Positions 37,584 through 49,183 of a stretch of DNA of 64,000 nt are shown here, piece by piece (within the stretch, counting starts at the first letter, position 1; each line of letters begins with the position of its first letter). Origin of the DNA: Octopus sinensis (taxonomy: Eukaryota); contig NC_043013.1 in assembly GCF_006345805.1 (NCBI RefSeq), forward strand, positions 54,994,001 to 55,058,000. Direction: 5' to 3'. The translations under genes and the position numbers were made by a program. The notes beneath the pieces were generated by a model. It had not been told where the DNA came from. It worked only from the letters and a program-made list of their open reading frames with translations, and made no database searches.

Positions 37584-40440
37584 TCATCACCACTTAATAA
37601 TCTGAGGCATATATCTACAGCCAGATACCTTTCTTGCCCCTTCTTGTTATGAACTCTTGTCTATTTTTTAAATAAATGAATTATTCTATTCTAAAAGTCT
37701 TTGAATGTACAGAACCACAGAACATTTTTAAAACGAATAGAAACATGACATAACTGTTCTGCTTGGACAGTATCATTCAGAGTCACAGAATTTCAACACA
37801 CAGATACACACGCACAAAACCTTCTGTTAATTTCAATCACAGGGCATTGGTTGGGCTGAGTATGTAGCAGAAAACTCTTTCTGAAGATACCAGACCTTGG
37901 GATTGAACCCAAAGCCATGAAGTTACAAAGTGAATGCAAGGACTCTGCCACATGCCTTACCTTAGCTAGAATATTTTCATCCAAATCCCACCACTTAATT
38001 ATTTATGTCAGCTTTGTAGCAGAAACTCTTTATAAACTTTGGCAAGTCTTACTTCATGGATACACTTACTGCTATCTCTTTGAAAATGATAGTTTTGTTT
38101 TATCCACCATCTAAATCAATTACCAATACACAAAGATATTATGGATGCATCAGAGATGACAGTAGAGTTCGATTAATGATGCAATACTACAAGTAAAACA
38201 TATCAATATTCAATCACATATTTTATTTCATTCACCCTATTCACTCTTTTGTCCACATTTTCAAGTAAATTTCGCAAATCGATTTTACCAGCAGATCATT
38301 CAGTATTTCATTTTAAAATCCACAAGCTGATGCTTATTTAGATATTCCTCTTTATTAATTAGCCATTTAAATGACTCAGAATGTTTTAAATGGGATTTTG
38401 GACTGGTTAATTTTGAAGCCGTATCATTATTTTCTTTAAAGCCGCTCTTCTCTTTCACATTATCATTAACAGTTTCCCATTATCAATCTTGCATTTAACA
38501 AAATTTCATCAACATAGCATCAATTGTTGGTGTGTCTTCATCAGATTTTAAAGCTCTTTCAATGATTTCGTATTAGCCATTATCATTATGGACAAAAACA
38601 ACCCATACTGGTTTGGAAATTGAGGCATCTTAAGTTTTAATTACCATAATTAAAGGGTTATATGGATTATCTTCTATTCTACTTTACCTGTGGAAATACT
38701 TCAATTTCGACTGTATCTCATCATGTTGGAGTTTTTAAAATGTCTCATTTTCCATTAATCTTTTTTTATCTCAATAAATTATCAATATTACATCAATTAT
38801 TTTTTGTATTTAGTTTAAAATTCGTTTGTTAAACATCTGTTCTGTTGTTTACACTTCTTATATACAATATTTCTGAATTCTTTTTATAATCTTTATTGAA
38901 GTATCTTTAAATTTTTTTGTTAGCAAGGAAACGATGAAAATCTCTTCTAAAGTGTCTAATAAGACTTGATACAAGAGCTTTAAATGATATTGCTGATTCT
39001 TGTATTTCTTTGAGTTTTGAAATTTTACTACAACTCAGTTTAATTTTGATTTTACTATTGACTTTTTTTCAAATCATCCTTTGGACTATATTTTAATTTA
39101 GAGGAAATATTGACAATAATTTAGACACATGAAACTGTGTGCATCTTTATTAAACATGTTTGTGTATACTCAAATATGGAATGGCCATTGCTATGGTAAC
39201 ATATGGAAGAGAAATTAAGCAATGCAAGTTGGGGTACAAATGATGTCATCAGACACACAGTTCTGTGTTATGACTCATCAGCAATAGACACTGAACCAGT
39301 CATTCACAACCCACTGAGAACTGCCATTCTCATATGCAAACAGAAAAATAATAAATTTGCTGGCAAGTGCAAAGCTTTGTCAAACTAGAATTTATTAAAA
39401 GTACATTAACCTGTGATAATTAAAATAAAATAGTATGCATTTCTATTCAACATGTTTGTGTGTCGTCAAGTGTAGAAAGACATCTGCTTCAAGAATCGCC
39501 TTGGAATAGAAATTCTCCTCACGGACAATGTATGAGAAAACACTGAACTAGGGTAAGGATGATGTTGTAAGATTGTTGGACATTTGTTTCTGCATTGTTG
39601 CCCTTCTTCAACTACAGACATCGATACAACAACCATAGTCCATTAGAAACTATTATTCCTCTACGTAATTTATGAGTAATAAATTTGCAGGTATGCAAAG
39701 CTTTATTTTAGCTGGATTTGATTAAAGGTGCAACAACTTTCTATTTGTGCCAAAGGAATCTCTATATTGGTAATACTAGTAATAACAGCTGAATTACCCT
39801 CAAATCACACCCCACTATCTTATAAAAGGTGAGCAAATTAAATAGTATAGTAGTGTATATATGTGTAAAATTGGATGGCTGTGGCCAGAGCATTGCTGAA
39901 CATGTCTGCTCAGACAGAACTGATCTGGGACTAAATAGCATTTTTTTCATTGAATAAAAGGAAAATAATTATATTTTTGACTGTTCTAGAAATTTTCAAC
40001 AGATTCTAATAAATCTAGAATTTTTCAAAAGATTCTAATAAATTTAGAAATAATTTGCTGCTACTGTTGTTACCCCTGCTGCTACTACTACTAGTAAGTA
40101 TAAATGTGATGAAAGAAACACAATATTTAACAAGAAAAATGTGTCAATACAATAGAAATGTTGAACTTCAAATCTTTTATAAAGTGACAAATCACTGATT
40201 CATACTTGTTTCTTCTTCTGTAACTTACTGATAAAATATTAATATTGTTCATTGTATTTCATCCAAATAACTTCTAACCACATAACACACAAAAAGATCA
40301 GATGATTTTCAATATAATATTTTTATGTATTGATGATGATGATGATTAAAATTTTGTTTTTATTCTTCTTCAGGTGTCTTATCATAAATTTGCATCCTTT
40401 TATAAAGTTCATATGATTAAAACTGTGTTGTAGACAATTA

Positions 40441-40845
40441 GGTACAGACAATGCTGGGCAGTATGAAGTTTGCTTCCCAACCACATGGTTCCAGGTTCAG
40501 TCCCACTGTGAGGCCTCTTGGGCAAGTGTCTTCTTCTATAATCCCAGGCAGACCAAAGAATTGGGAATGGATTTGGTTAATGGAAACTGAAAAGAATCTA
40601 TCGTGCATGCCTCTTCATTTTGACATTGTATGATAGTTGTAAATGAGTGTCACTGTCATACAAGTGGTGTCGTTCATTCCCAATCTTTCCTGCTAACATG
40701 TCCAGTCATGAGGAAATATTACCTTCTTTGAAGACAGGTGGGGGTTGGTAACAGGAAAGGCCTCGGGCTATATGAAACCTGCCTCATTAAATTTCATCTA
40801 ACAAATGAAAGCATGGCAAAGTGGATAGAAAGAAGAAGAAGAAGG
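40441..40845 (+). mobile_element. Hybrid SINE: family-A head + different body + RTE-like tail
   Basis: Family-A head to ~40590, then tgatagttgtaaatgagtgtcactgtc..., then ggttggtaacaggaaaggc...gcatggcaaagtgga. Confidence 0.75.
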
Positions 40846-41639
40846 TGATTCACAAAAGTAGATAACAAATATGTGAATTGTGTCAACCTTTAGAGTGCTT
40901 CAAGAGGAAAGGGATTATATTAAAGTAACTTGTGTACAGAATCCATTTCTTGGATGAGTTGGCTCACATCATCAGTGATGCAACTTGGTGGGTCGTCAGG
41001 TATTTAGGCCTTTCAACATCAGACCCAACATTATCCTCTCAACCCACCCAGGTTTAATCAGACTCTACTTTGCATCTCAATAACAATAATCTATGGATCA
41101 ACTTTCTCAATTCGATCCCCGCTTGTAGCTTTTTATGCACCTTTACTTGCAGGCTGAATGGATCTTTTCTTTACAGTTCCTGTAAAGAACATTCATTTGA
41201 GGTCTTTACACAGTGAACCATCTGCAAACTCTCTACAGCTCTCCTTTATTGACTCATACTGCTTGCAACTTCTTTTCTGTAGTTTAATAAACACAAAATA
41301 TTTTAAATAGAAAAATATTAAATCCAGTTTGTTAGGAATTAGGAATCTTAATTATACTTTTCCCTGACAAGTTACATCCCAGAAATGTTTTACATTTATC
41401 CTCACCCAATACAGAAGATTTATGGTAAATCAATGCAGTTCGTAACACAACTGAATGATAGTAAAATCTTTGAAGGTTTGTTTGATATGGAATTTAGTTT
41501 TGAAACTGAAACTTGAAATTAATTTGATGATAAAATTGCTGACATTTGATGAATCCCTTCTATCTAGCACGACAACTATCTCTGTCTGTTATACTCTAAC
41601 CTCTCACCTGGCTCCCAACCACTTCCCTTACTTCCATTC

Positions 41640-41886
41640 CCTCTCTCATCTGAGGGGGTCTTTGTCTTGCAAGCCATTTGGCAACCCTGCTGGTGCCATA
41701 TAAAAAGCACCCAGTACACACTATCAAGTGGCTGACATTAGGAAGGGCATCAAACTGTAAAAACCATGCCAAGCCAAACAAACGGAGCCTAGTGTAGCTC
41801 TCCAGCCTTACCAGCTCCTGTCAAATCGTCCAACCCAAGCCAGCATGGGAAATGGACATTAAATGATGATGTTGATCATCATCATC
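41640..41886 (+). mobile_element. RTE LINE 3'-tail fragment
   Basis: gctggtgccatataaaaagcaccc...ttaggaagggcatc...ggacattaaatgatgat. Confidence 0.82.
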
Positions 41887-42065
41887 TTGAGCTTGAGTCT
41901 TTGACAAGGTATTGTAATACCAATGCTTTATAGTCTCTAGCACTTTGCTCATGACAGCTAAACTGTATACAGAGAGGGTGGCAAATCAATTCTTATTTAG
42001 AATAAAATAATAAATATTTGTGAAAAAAAAAGAAAATATTTTATTATGTTTTGTAATTGAAATCT

Positions 42066-42289
42066 TTATCATTCTTTAGTATTCTGCCAAACCTAATGCT
42101 TATTTATTCTCGTTGTTTTCAATTAATCATGCATTATCTTATAGCTTCAAGATTTTAATGGTGCAACTGATAATTTTTAGAAAGACATTGTAGGTTAGGT
42201 GTGAGATGTTAGATATGGCCAGTCTGAACATAAAAGAGGCACAATATTTTGGCCAGATATAATCTGGTTTAAATGCGGAAAAGGGTTAA
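42066..42289 (-). mobile_element. piggyBac-type MITE (second copy, inverted)
   Basis: Reverse-complement homolog of 24518-24745, ending aagggttaa. Confidence 0.65.
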
Positions 42290-43398
42290 TAAATAATCAT
42301 TGCTAAAAATTGTTCATTGTGTTTAATTCTGCCCCAGCATGGCCACAGCTCGTGAGCTGAAACTAGAATCAATCATTATTATTGTTTGTCTTGGCAAAAT
42401 TTAGTCACACAGAAGTCAATAAAATGACCCCTTTCCTACTTCCAACACAAAAATAAGGTCACTGCACATCACACAAATATAAAATGATTACATATCACAG
42501 TTATTAAGAAAAAGAATAATACAAATCATATTTACATCTCCTGTGTAGTTTTTGATAATTCACTGAAAACAAAGTTTCCAAAACTAGAATCTAATTTTTA
42601 TGAAAATTTGAACCTTTGTTTCCTTATTATTTTATTTTGTTTTTCTTTTGACATCTTATTGCTGAAATAATACGTACACACATGCGGGTGTATATGTATA
42701 TATAACTAATAAATAATACAAAAAATGCTTATTCTAAAAATGCTTTGAAATTTATGATTATTATTGTTGTTGTTGTTGTTGTTGTTGTTTCAAATGGAAC
42801 TTCCCTGTTTGATATTGTGGAATAGCAAGATAGTCATTAGTATAAAGAATGTTTTGAATTACATCCTGGAGTTAAAAATATAAAATTTAAAATATGAACA
42901 TTAAATGATCATTTGGGGTGACCTTTAAAAACCCAGAGTCTTTTATTTGAATGTATCATTGGAAAATTTCAAATTTATTTCTTTACAGAATACACAGGAT
43001 AATTGATTTTTATTAGCATAAAAAGAAATTTAAAAAATAAAAAGCAAAAAAAAAAAACAAGAGAAAGATATATTTGAAAAATTATTGCAGCTTGTAAAGT
43101 TTTCTGAAACTGTTGCAATGTATTCCAGTATCATTTACAATGTTTATTCATGAGGGAAAGAAAACACAACAAGAAAATAACATAATCAATTGATAATTGT
43201 TTAGAAAACTACATCGGTTTTTGCTGTTGTTTTTTATGTTAGTTTAGCCCAGTTTTATGTTTTTATACTATATATATATATATACATCAAATCTAGTTGT
43301 ATGATATTGCTCCTTTAACCATTTTGGATTATAGTTGATTGGTTCTGGAGTTTTGAAATGCTGTCTTTACAATTTACCTCCAGTTAGAAATACAAGGG

Positions 43399-43445
<47 letters not shown>

Positions 43446-44149
43446 TATGGTTCTGCTTAGTTGTTGTGATACAAATAACCAGTTGTTGGAATTTGATATA
43501 CTTATATTTTACAGTAAAGCAGGTCAGTACAGAGTGTAATATCGATTCATAAATGAATGACTAAAGAATGGGAGTCATGTGATCACTTTCATTAGCTTTC
43601 AGCTGTTTCTGCTATAAGTAACAGTGTGCCAATTGCTCTGTGCTGACATGATATCCACAGAACCATTTCAATGAAAAGTTTCCTTTTTATTGCCGAAAGC
43701 ATTTACCAATATCCAACTAAGTAGATCATGATGCACATATAACAGTGGATAGGAAGATAAAGCCACATATAGACACACAAAGCACTTACATATATGCACA
43801 TACACACATGGCTACTGATATCCCTACAGCCGTGCCATTACTTGGAACTTAACTTTCCATTTCACCTTTTTCAGACCTATGGAAATAAGCCAAAATTGTG
43901 TATAAAGTATTTTAATTTAAGATCTGGCAGAGAGTTCCTTACAAGAGATTAGAGATCACATGACATCAAATCTATACTATGAATATATTTTTACAGGGTA
44001 CATCTGGTACAACACTGCTTGTATGTGGATATGCTTATAAAATTTAAAGACACTTCTACACATACGACTTTTGAATATATTTTGTTCACACTCAAAATTA
44101 TCAAAGCATGGACTACAATATCCATGTCCCTGGTTAGCTACAAGGAAAC

Positions 44150-45355
44150 TGAATCCTTCATAAATTCCAATCTTACCAAAATTCACCAACACAATTTCAA
44201 ATTTTAAGGGATTGTATTTTTCATTTTTCTTCTTTCTTTACAATCCTCGAATCAAATGGACGTGATGGATCAATTAATGAGCAACTTTGCTTTTCCTTGT
44301 CTATTATTGTTATGACTGGTTCGTTATTTTCCAATTTCTTATTCACTTAAATGGGAAAATCCCATAAAATCTTGCACTTTACTGATTCAAGCTATCTTTC
44401 CACCCGATGATTGTACCAAATTCAAATCCTCATCTCTGACAAAGCTGCCGGTGCAAAACTTTCACAACTCGATCATGTCTCCATCTCTTATATTCTGCCT
44501 GAGCCAACTTTAGACATTCTGCAACAATGTGTGCCATTGTTTCATCCCAAATTCCGCACACTCTACATTTTGCTGGCACCTTCTCCTCATACACATAATT
44601 TCTCATATTTTTTTGTTTTTATTGCTTGATCTTGAGCTGCTATAATTAGACTCTCTGTTTCTTTTTTAATTGATTTCTTTTTCACCAATCCCTGGATTTT
44701 GTTCTACAAACACCCTCAGTGGCTTTCCATAACTGACAATACAAATGTTTCTCTACAATCCACTTAACACGACCTCTTTAAATTTCCTTGTTATCCTTTC
44801 CTCCTATTCCACACAATTGATCACCTGCTCCTTATTCACTGCCTTTACTAGTTTTTCCTGTGCTGTTGCGTAAATATTCTGCCAGGTATTTTTCTTCTCA
44901 TCTGTACACACTCTTCCACCTTGGTCTCTCTTCAAGTAACATCAGTTAATACCAGCTTTTTGGATGGTGAGCTCCATACATTGTCAACAGCTGTCTATGT
45001 TTTCTATCAACTTCCTCTCTGTTGCTTTTGGTCCAATCTATGATTCCACTTCCGTATCTGATTTCCGATACTGCTCTTGCCTTTATTGCTTCAATAACAT
45101 TTTTTGAACTCAACTTGGACTGTAATATTTTCCCCAATCTCTTTGTATACTCTCTGCAGGTAATTTGCTTCTTCCCTTCAGGTTTTATTTCATCTGCCTC
45201 CAAGATTCCCAAACACTTATTCCACTGCTATCCTTTCTCAACTGTTTTCATTGTTTGCCCATTTGGCATTTCAATTCCCTGGTTTCTTTCAAATCTTCTT
45301 CATTTCATCATCAATATAGCACACTTTTCAATCTGAAATTCCATTCCTACATCAC
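44150..45355 (-). mobile_element. R4/Dong-clade non-LTR retrotransposon relic (RT C-terminus, CCHC knuckle, restriction-like endonuclease)
   Basis: SDVGMEFQIEKCAIL...LGILEAD...EYTKRLGKILQSKL...AINARAV-like...HHPKS; LKKETESLIIAAQDQA; CRVCG..DETMAHIVAEC (CCHC); KILWDF...PVITIIDK...LID..RPFDSRI..K. Confidence 0.88.
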
Positions 45356-45550
45356 TTGAGAAATGCAAACAGTATATATAAGACTTTTAAGCTGCTTTCC
45401 ATTTTTTGCATAAAGTGTCATAGCATCTATAAAAAGGAGATGATTTATCTGACCAAATCCTTTTTCCCAAATCATAAGCTATTTTAACTTCTCATAATAT
45501 CAAACTGAGTGGTATCATGGCCAATACAGATAGTAATGGAGATAGGCTAT

Positions 45551-47739
45551 CATCATCATCGTTTAACGTCCACTTTCCATGCTAGCATGGGTTGGACGGT
45601 TCGACTGGGGTCTGGGAAGCCAGGAGGCTGCACCAGGTCCAGTCTGATCTGGCAGTGTTTCTACAGCTGGATTCCCTTCCTAACGCCAACCACTCCATGA
45701 GTGTAGTGGGTGCTTTTTATGTGCCACAGGCACAGGCGCCAGGAGAGGCTGGCAATGGCCACGATCAGTTGGTGCATTTTATGTGCCACCAGCACAGAGG
45801 TCAGTCAGGGCGGCGCTGGCAACAGCCATGTTCGGATGGTTCTTTTATGTGCCACCGGCACTGGTACCACAACTACAATTTCCATTGACTTTTGAGCAAT
45901 TTCGATTTCGATTCCGATTTCACTTGCCTCAACAGGTCTTCGCAAACAGAGTTTTCTGTCCCAAGAGTGAAAGGCATGCATAAGTGGGCTGGCTACATCC
46001 CAGATAGAGGCCATGGGTTATGGTCCCACTTGTCCCGCTGGGTCTTCTCCTGCACAGCATACTTCCAAAGGTCTCGGCCACTAGTCATTGCCTTGGTGAG
46101 ACCTAATGTTCGAAGGTCATGCTTCACCACCTCCTCCCAGGTTTTCCTGGGTCTACCTCTTCCACAGGATCCCTCAACCGCTAGGGTGTGGCACTTTTTC
46201 ACACAACTATCGACATCCATTCTTGCCACATGACCATACCAGCGCAATCGTCTCTCTTGCACACTACAACTGATGCTTCTTAGGTCCAACTTTTCTCTCA
46301 AGGTAGTTACACTCTGTCGAGTATGCACACTGACATTACACATCCATCGGAGCATACTAGCTTCATTTCTTGTGAGCTTACACATATCCTCAGTTGTCAT
46401 GGCCCATGTTTCACTGCCATGTAACATGGCTGTTCGTATACATGCGTCATACAGTCTGCCTTTTACTCTGAGCGAGAGGCTTTTTGTCACCAGCAGAGGT
46501 AAGAGCTCTCTGAACTTTGCCCAGGCTATTCTTACTCTAGCTGTTACACTTTCAGCACACCCGCCCCTGCTATTGACTTGGTCACCTAGGTAATGGAAGC
46601 TATCAACTACTTCTAGTTTTTCTCCCTGGAATGTGACAGAAGTTGTTCTCTGCACATTTTCAGTGTTTATTGCTCCTGAGCATCTGCCACATGCAAAAAC
46701 TATCTTCTTAATTAGCCTTCCTTTGACATTGCTGCACCTCTTATGTGTCCATAGCTTACACTTGGTACATCTTATAGAGTTTCTACCTACACCTTTTCTA
46801 CAGATCGAGTAGGGCCATCTATCTGAAGGCGTTTGTGATTTGTTTACCTTCCTACTTATTAGGACTTTGGTTTTAGCTAGGTTGACTCTAAGGCCCTTCG
46901 ATTCTAATCCTTATTTCCACACTTGAAACTTCTCCTCTAGTTCTGTTAGTGACTCAGCAATTAGAGCAAGGTCATCAGCATGGAGGAGCTCCCAGGGGCA
47001 TCCTGTCTTGAATTCCTCCATTATTGCCTGGAGGACTATGATAAATAGGAGAGGGCTGAGGTCTGAACCTTGGTGGACCCCTACCTCCACCCAGAATTCT
47101 TCACTGTACTCGTTGCCAACCCTCACCTTACTGACAGCGTCCCCGTACATGGCTTGCACGGCTCTCACTAACCATTCATCATCCCTAGTTTCCTCATTGA
47201 CCACCAGATAAGAGATCAGGGGACCCTGTCGAAGGCTTTCTCCATGTCAACGAAAACCAGGTACAGGGGCTTATCTTTGGCTAGGTATTTCTCCTGCAAC
47301 TGTCTAACCAGAAATATAGCATCAGTGGTGCTTTTCCCTGGCACGAAACCAAACTGCATCTCATCTAAACTAACTCTCTCCCTAATTAGTTGGGCTATGA
47401 CCCTCTCCGTGATCTTCATTACCGGATCCAAGAGCTTGATACCTCTGTAATTATTTGTATCTAGGGCGTCACCTTTTCCTTTGTAGCAGTTGACTATAGT
47501 GCTGCTACACCAGTCATTGGGTATGACTCCTTCGTGTATCACCTGGTAACTATACGGGTGACCAGGCTGACACTGCCAGATATTTTGAGCATCTCTGCAG
47601 TGATACCTGATGGGCCGGGGGCTTTCCCTGTCTTCATACTTTTAGTTGCTTTAACTACCAAGGTACTGTCAACTCGGATAGCTGGTCCCTCTGTTGGGTC
47701 GACAATTGGCAGGCTCTCTTTCTCCCATTCATTTTCTTT
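45551..47739 (-). mobile_element. Relatively young 5'-truncated RTE LINE (RT + PHD-like insert + 3' UTR + (GAT)n tail)
   Basis: MKTGKAPGPSGITAEMLK; NYRGIKLL; QFGFVPGKSTTDAIF; FVDMEKAFDRVP; GVHQGSDLSPLLF; LLHADD; FHYLGD; ERRLRWYGHVAR; GRGRPRKTW. A few stops and frameshifts. Confidence 0.95.
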
Positions 47740-49145
47740 GTGACGTGTCACAAGGTTCACTGACAGTAGACGGATCCGTGCAGAAGCTGAGTGGTATCCA
47801 AAAGATCAGAAAAGGCAACTTTTCTGATCTTTCCCATGGTGGTGGGAAAATGATTTAGTCCAGCAATTTGGACCAAGATGAAAAAGGATGGTGTGTTCAA
47901 GACAAAATTGGAAGTGTATGGTAACCAGTAGTTACTGATGGTCTGGTTGATACTGTGATAACAAAATCTGTTCTGTAACTACAAAAAAATACATTTTTAT
48001 CCAAAATAAAAAGATTATTTAGCTTGTCATGGAATCAGTATCATGGAGAATAACAATATCATTCCATGTTATTTAATTCTATGGAATTTAAGTCAATCTA
48101 TATTCATCGCAGGGTGGATAATTTTAGACTCTGCCACTTTAGCTCAACAGGGTTATAATACTATTGTGAGGTAGTCATGAACAATTGCTATTTGGGGAAC
48201 ATAACGTTATTGCAATTTCATGAAACTTGGAGAAGGTTTTTTTCCTGTTATTAACATTGATCAACTAGTGTGTTTTTTGCTTGTGTAATTATTTGAAATA
48301 GATGAAATAAAGGGAATATTCAATTGAAATACAATCACAATTTCTCTGTGTTCACGAAGTATTGTTGTATTTTATTGCTGGGATCATTGATTTCCTGTTT
48401 CTGTTTCAAAATGAACTTCTAAGTTTAAAAATCATATTTTAGCCAAAAATATACTCTGAAGAGACCCAAAACAAAATACAATAAATTAAAAAGTATAAGT
48501 TGAATTATTAGATGGGTAATTTAGATTAAAGTAATTTAGCGGAATACTACAAATGAAAATAAAAACGTTATGTAAAATTTTACGAGAATGTTTCTATATG
48601 AATGCATATTATAAATGCATAATATATTTGACATTCAATGATAGAAGTATGACTTGAATGAATATGACATTTTGACATGTATCTTTAGTTTATTAATCCC
48701 TAAAATCTAAACTTTATATGCAGATTTTATTGGGAATTGGCCCCATAATACTCTGTAGGACTGCAAGAATTTGGTTATTGAAGATCCATTATCTATTCTT
48801 TCATCTAGTGTGTGTGTGTGTGTGTCTGTTTGTGTTTATGTGTGTGTCTAAGTGTGTGTATGTATGTGTATCTATATACATGTGCGTGTGTTTATGTGAA
48901 TGTATGTAAGCATACTGTAATTGAAGCACTATTCAGAAACACATCCGAAAGAGGAACATTGCAATTTATTAAATATGAATGAGATGAGGAATTGATTATA
49001 TAAGAAACCATGTTTATACTTATCAGCTTTAACTTTTATTTTACCCAGCTCAACAAAAATATGACAAACTATTTTTTCTAAATAGTTATTTCTTTTAAAA
49101 TCTTACATTTCAACTTGCTGAAATAGTTATACAGTAATTCCTAAG

Positions 49146-49183
<38 letters not shown>

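Noticed and set aside
45708-45862. CRISPR-like repeat-spacer array
   Set aside because: Only three imperfect repeats with homologous spacers, inside a eukaryotic LINE UTR, and no cas genes.
45509-47760. Plus-strand ORFs over the RTE element
   Set aside because: They are antisense shadows of the RT frame and the 3' UTR.
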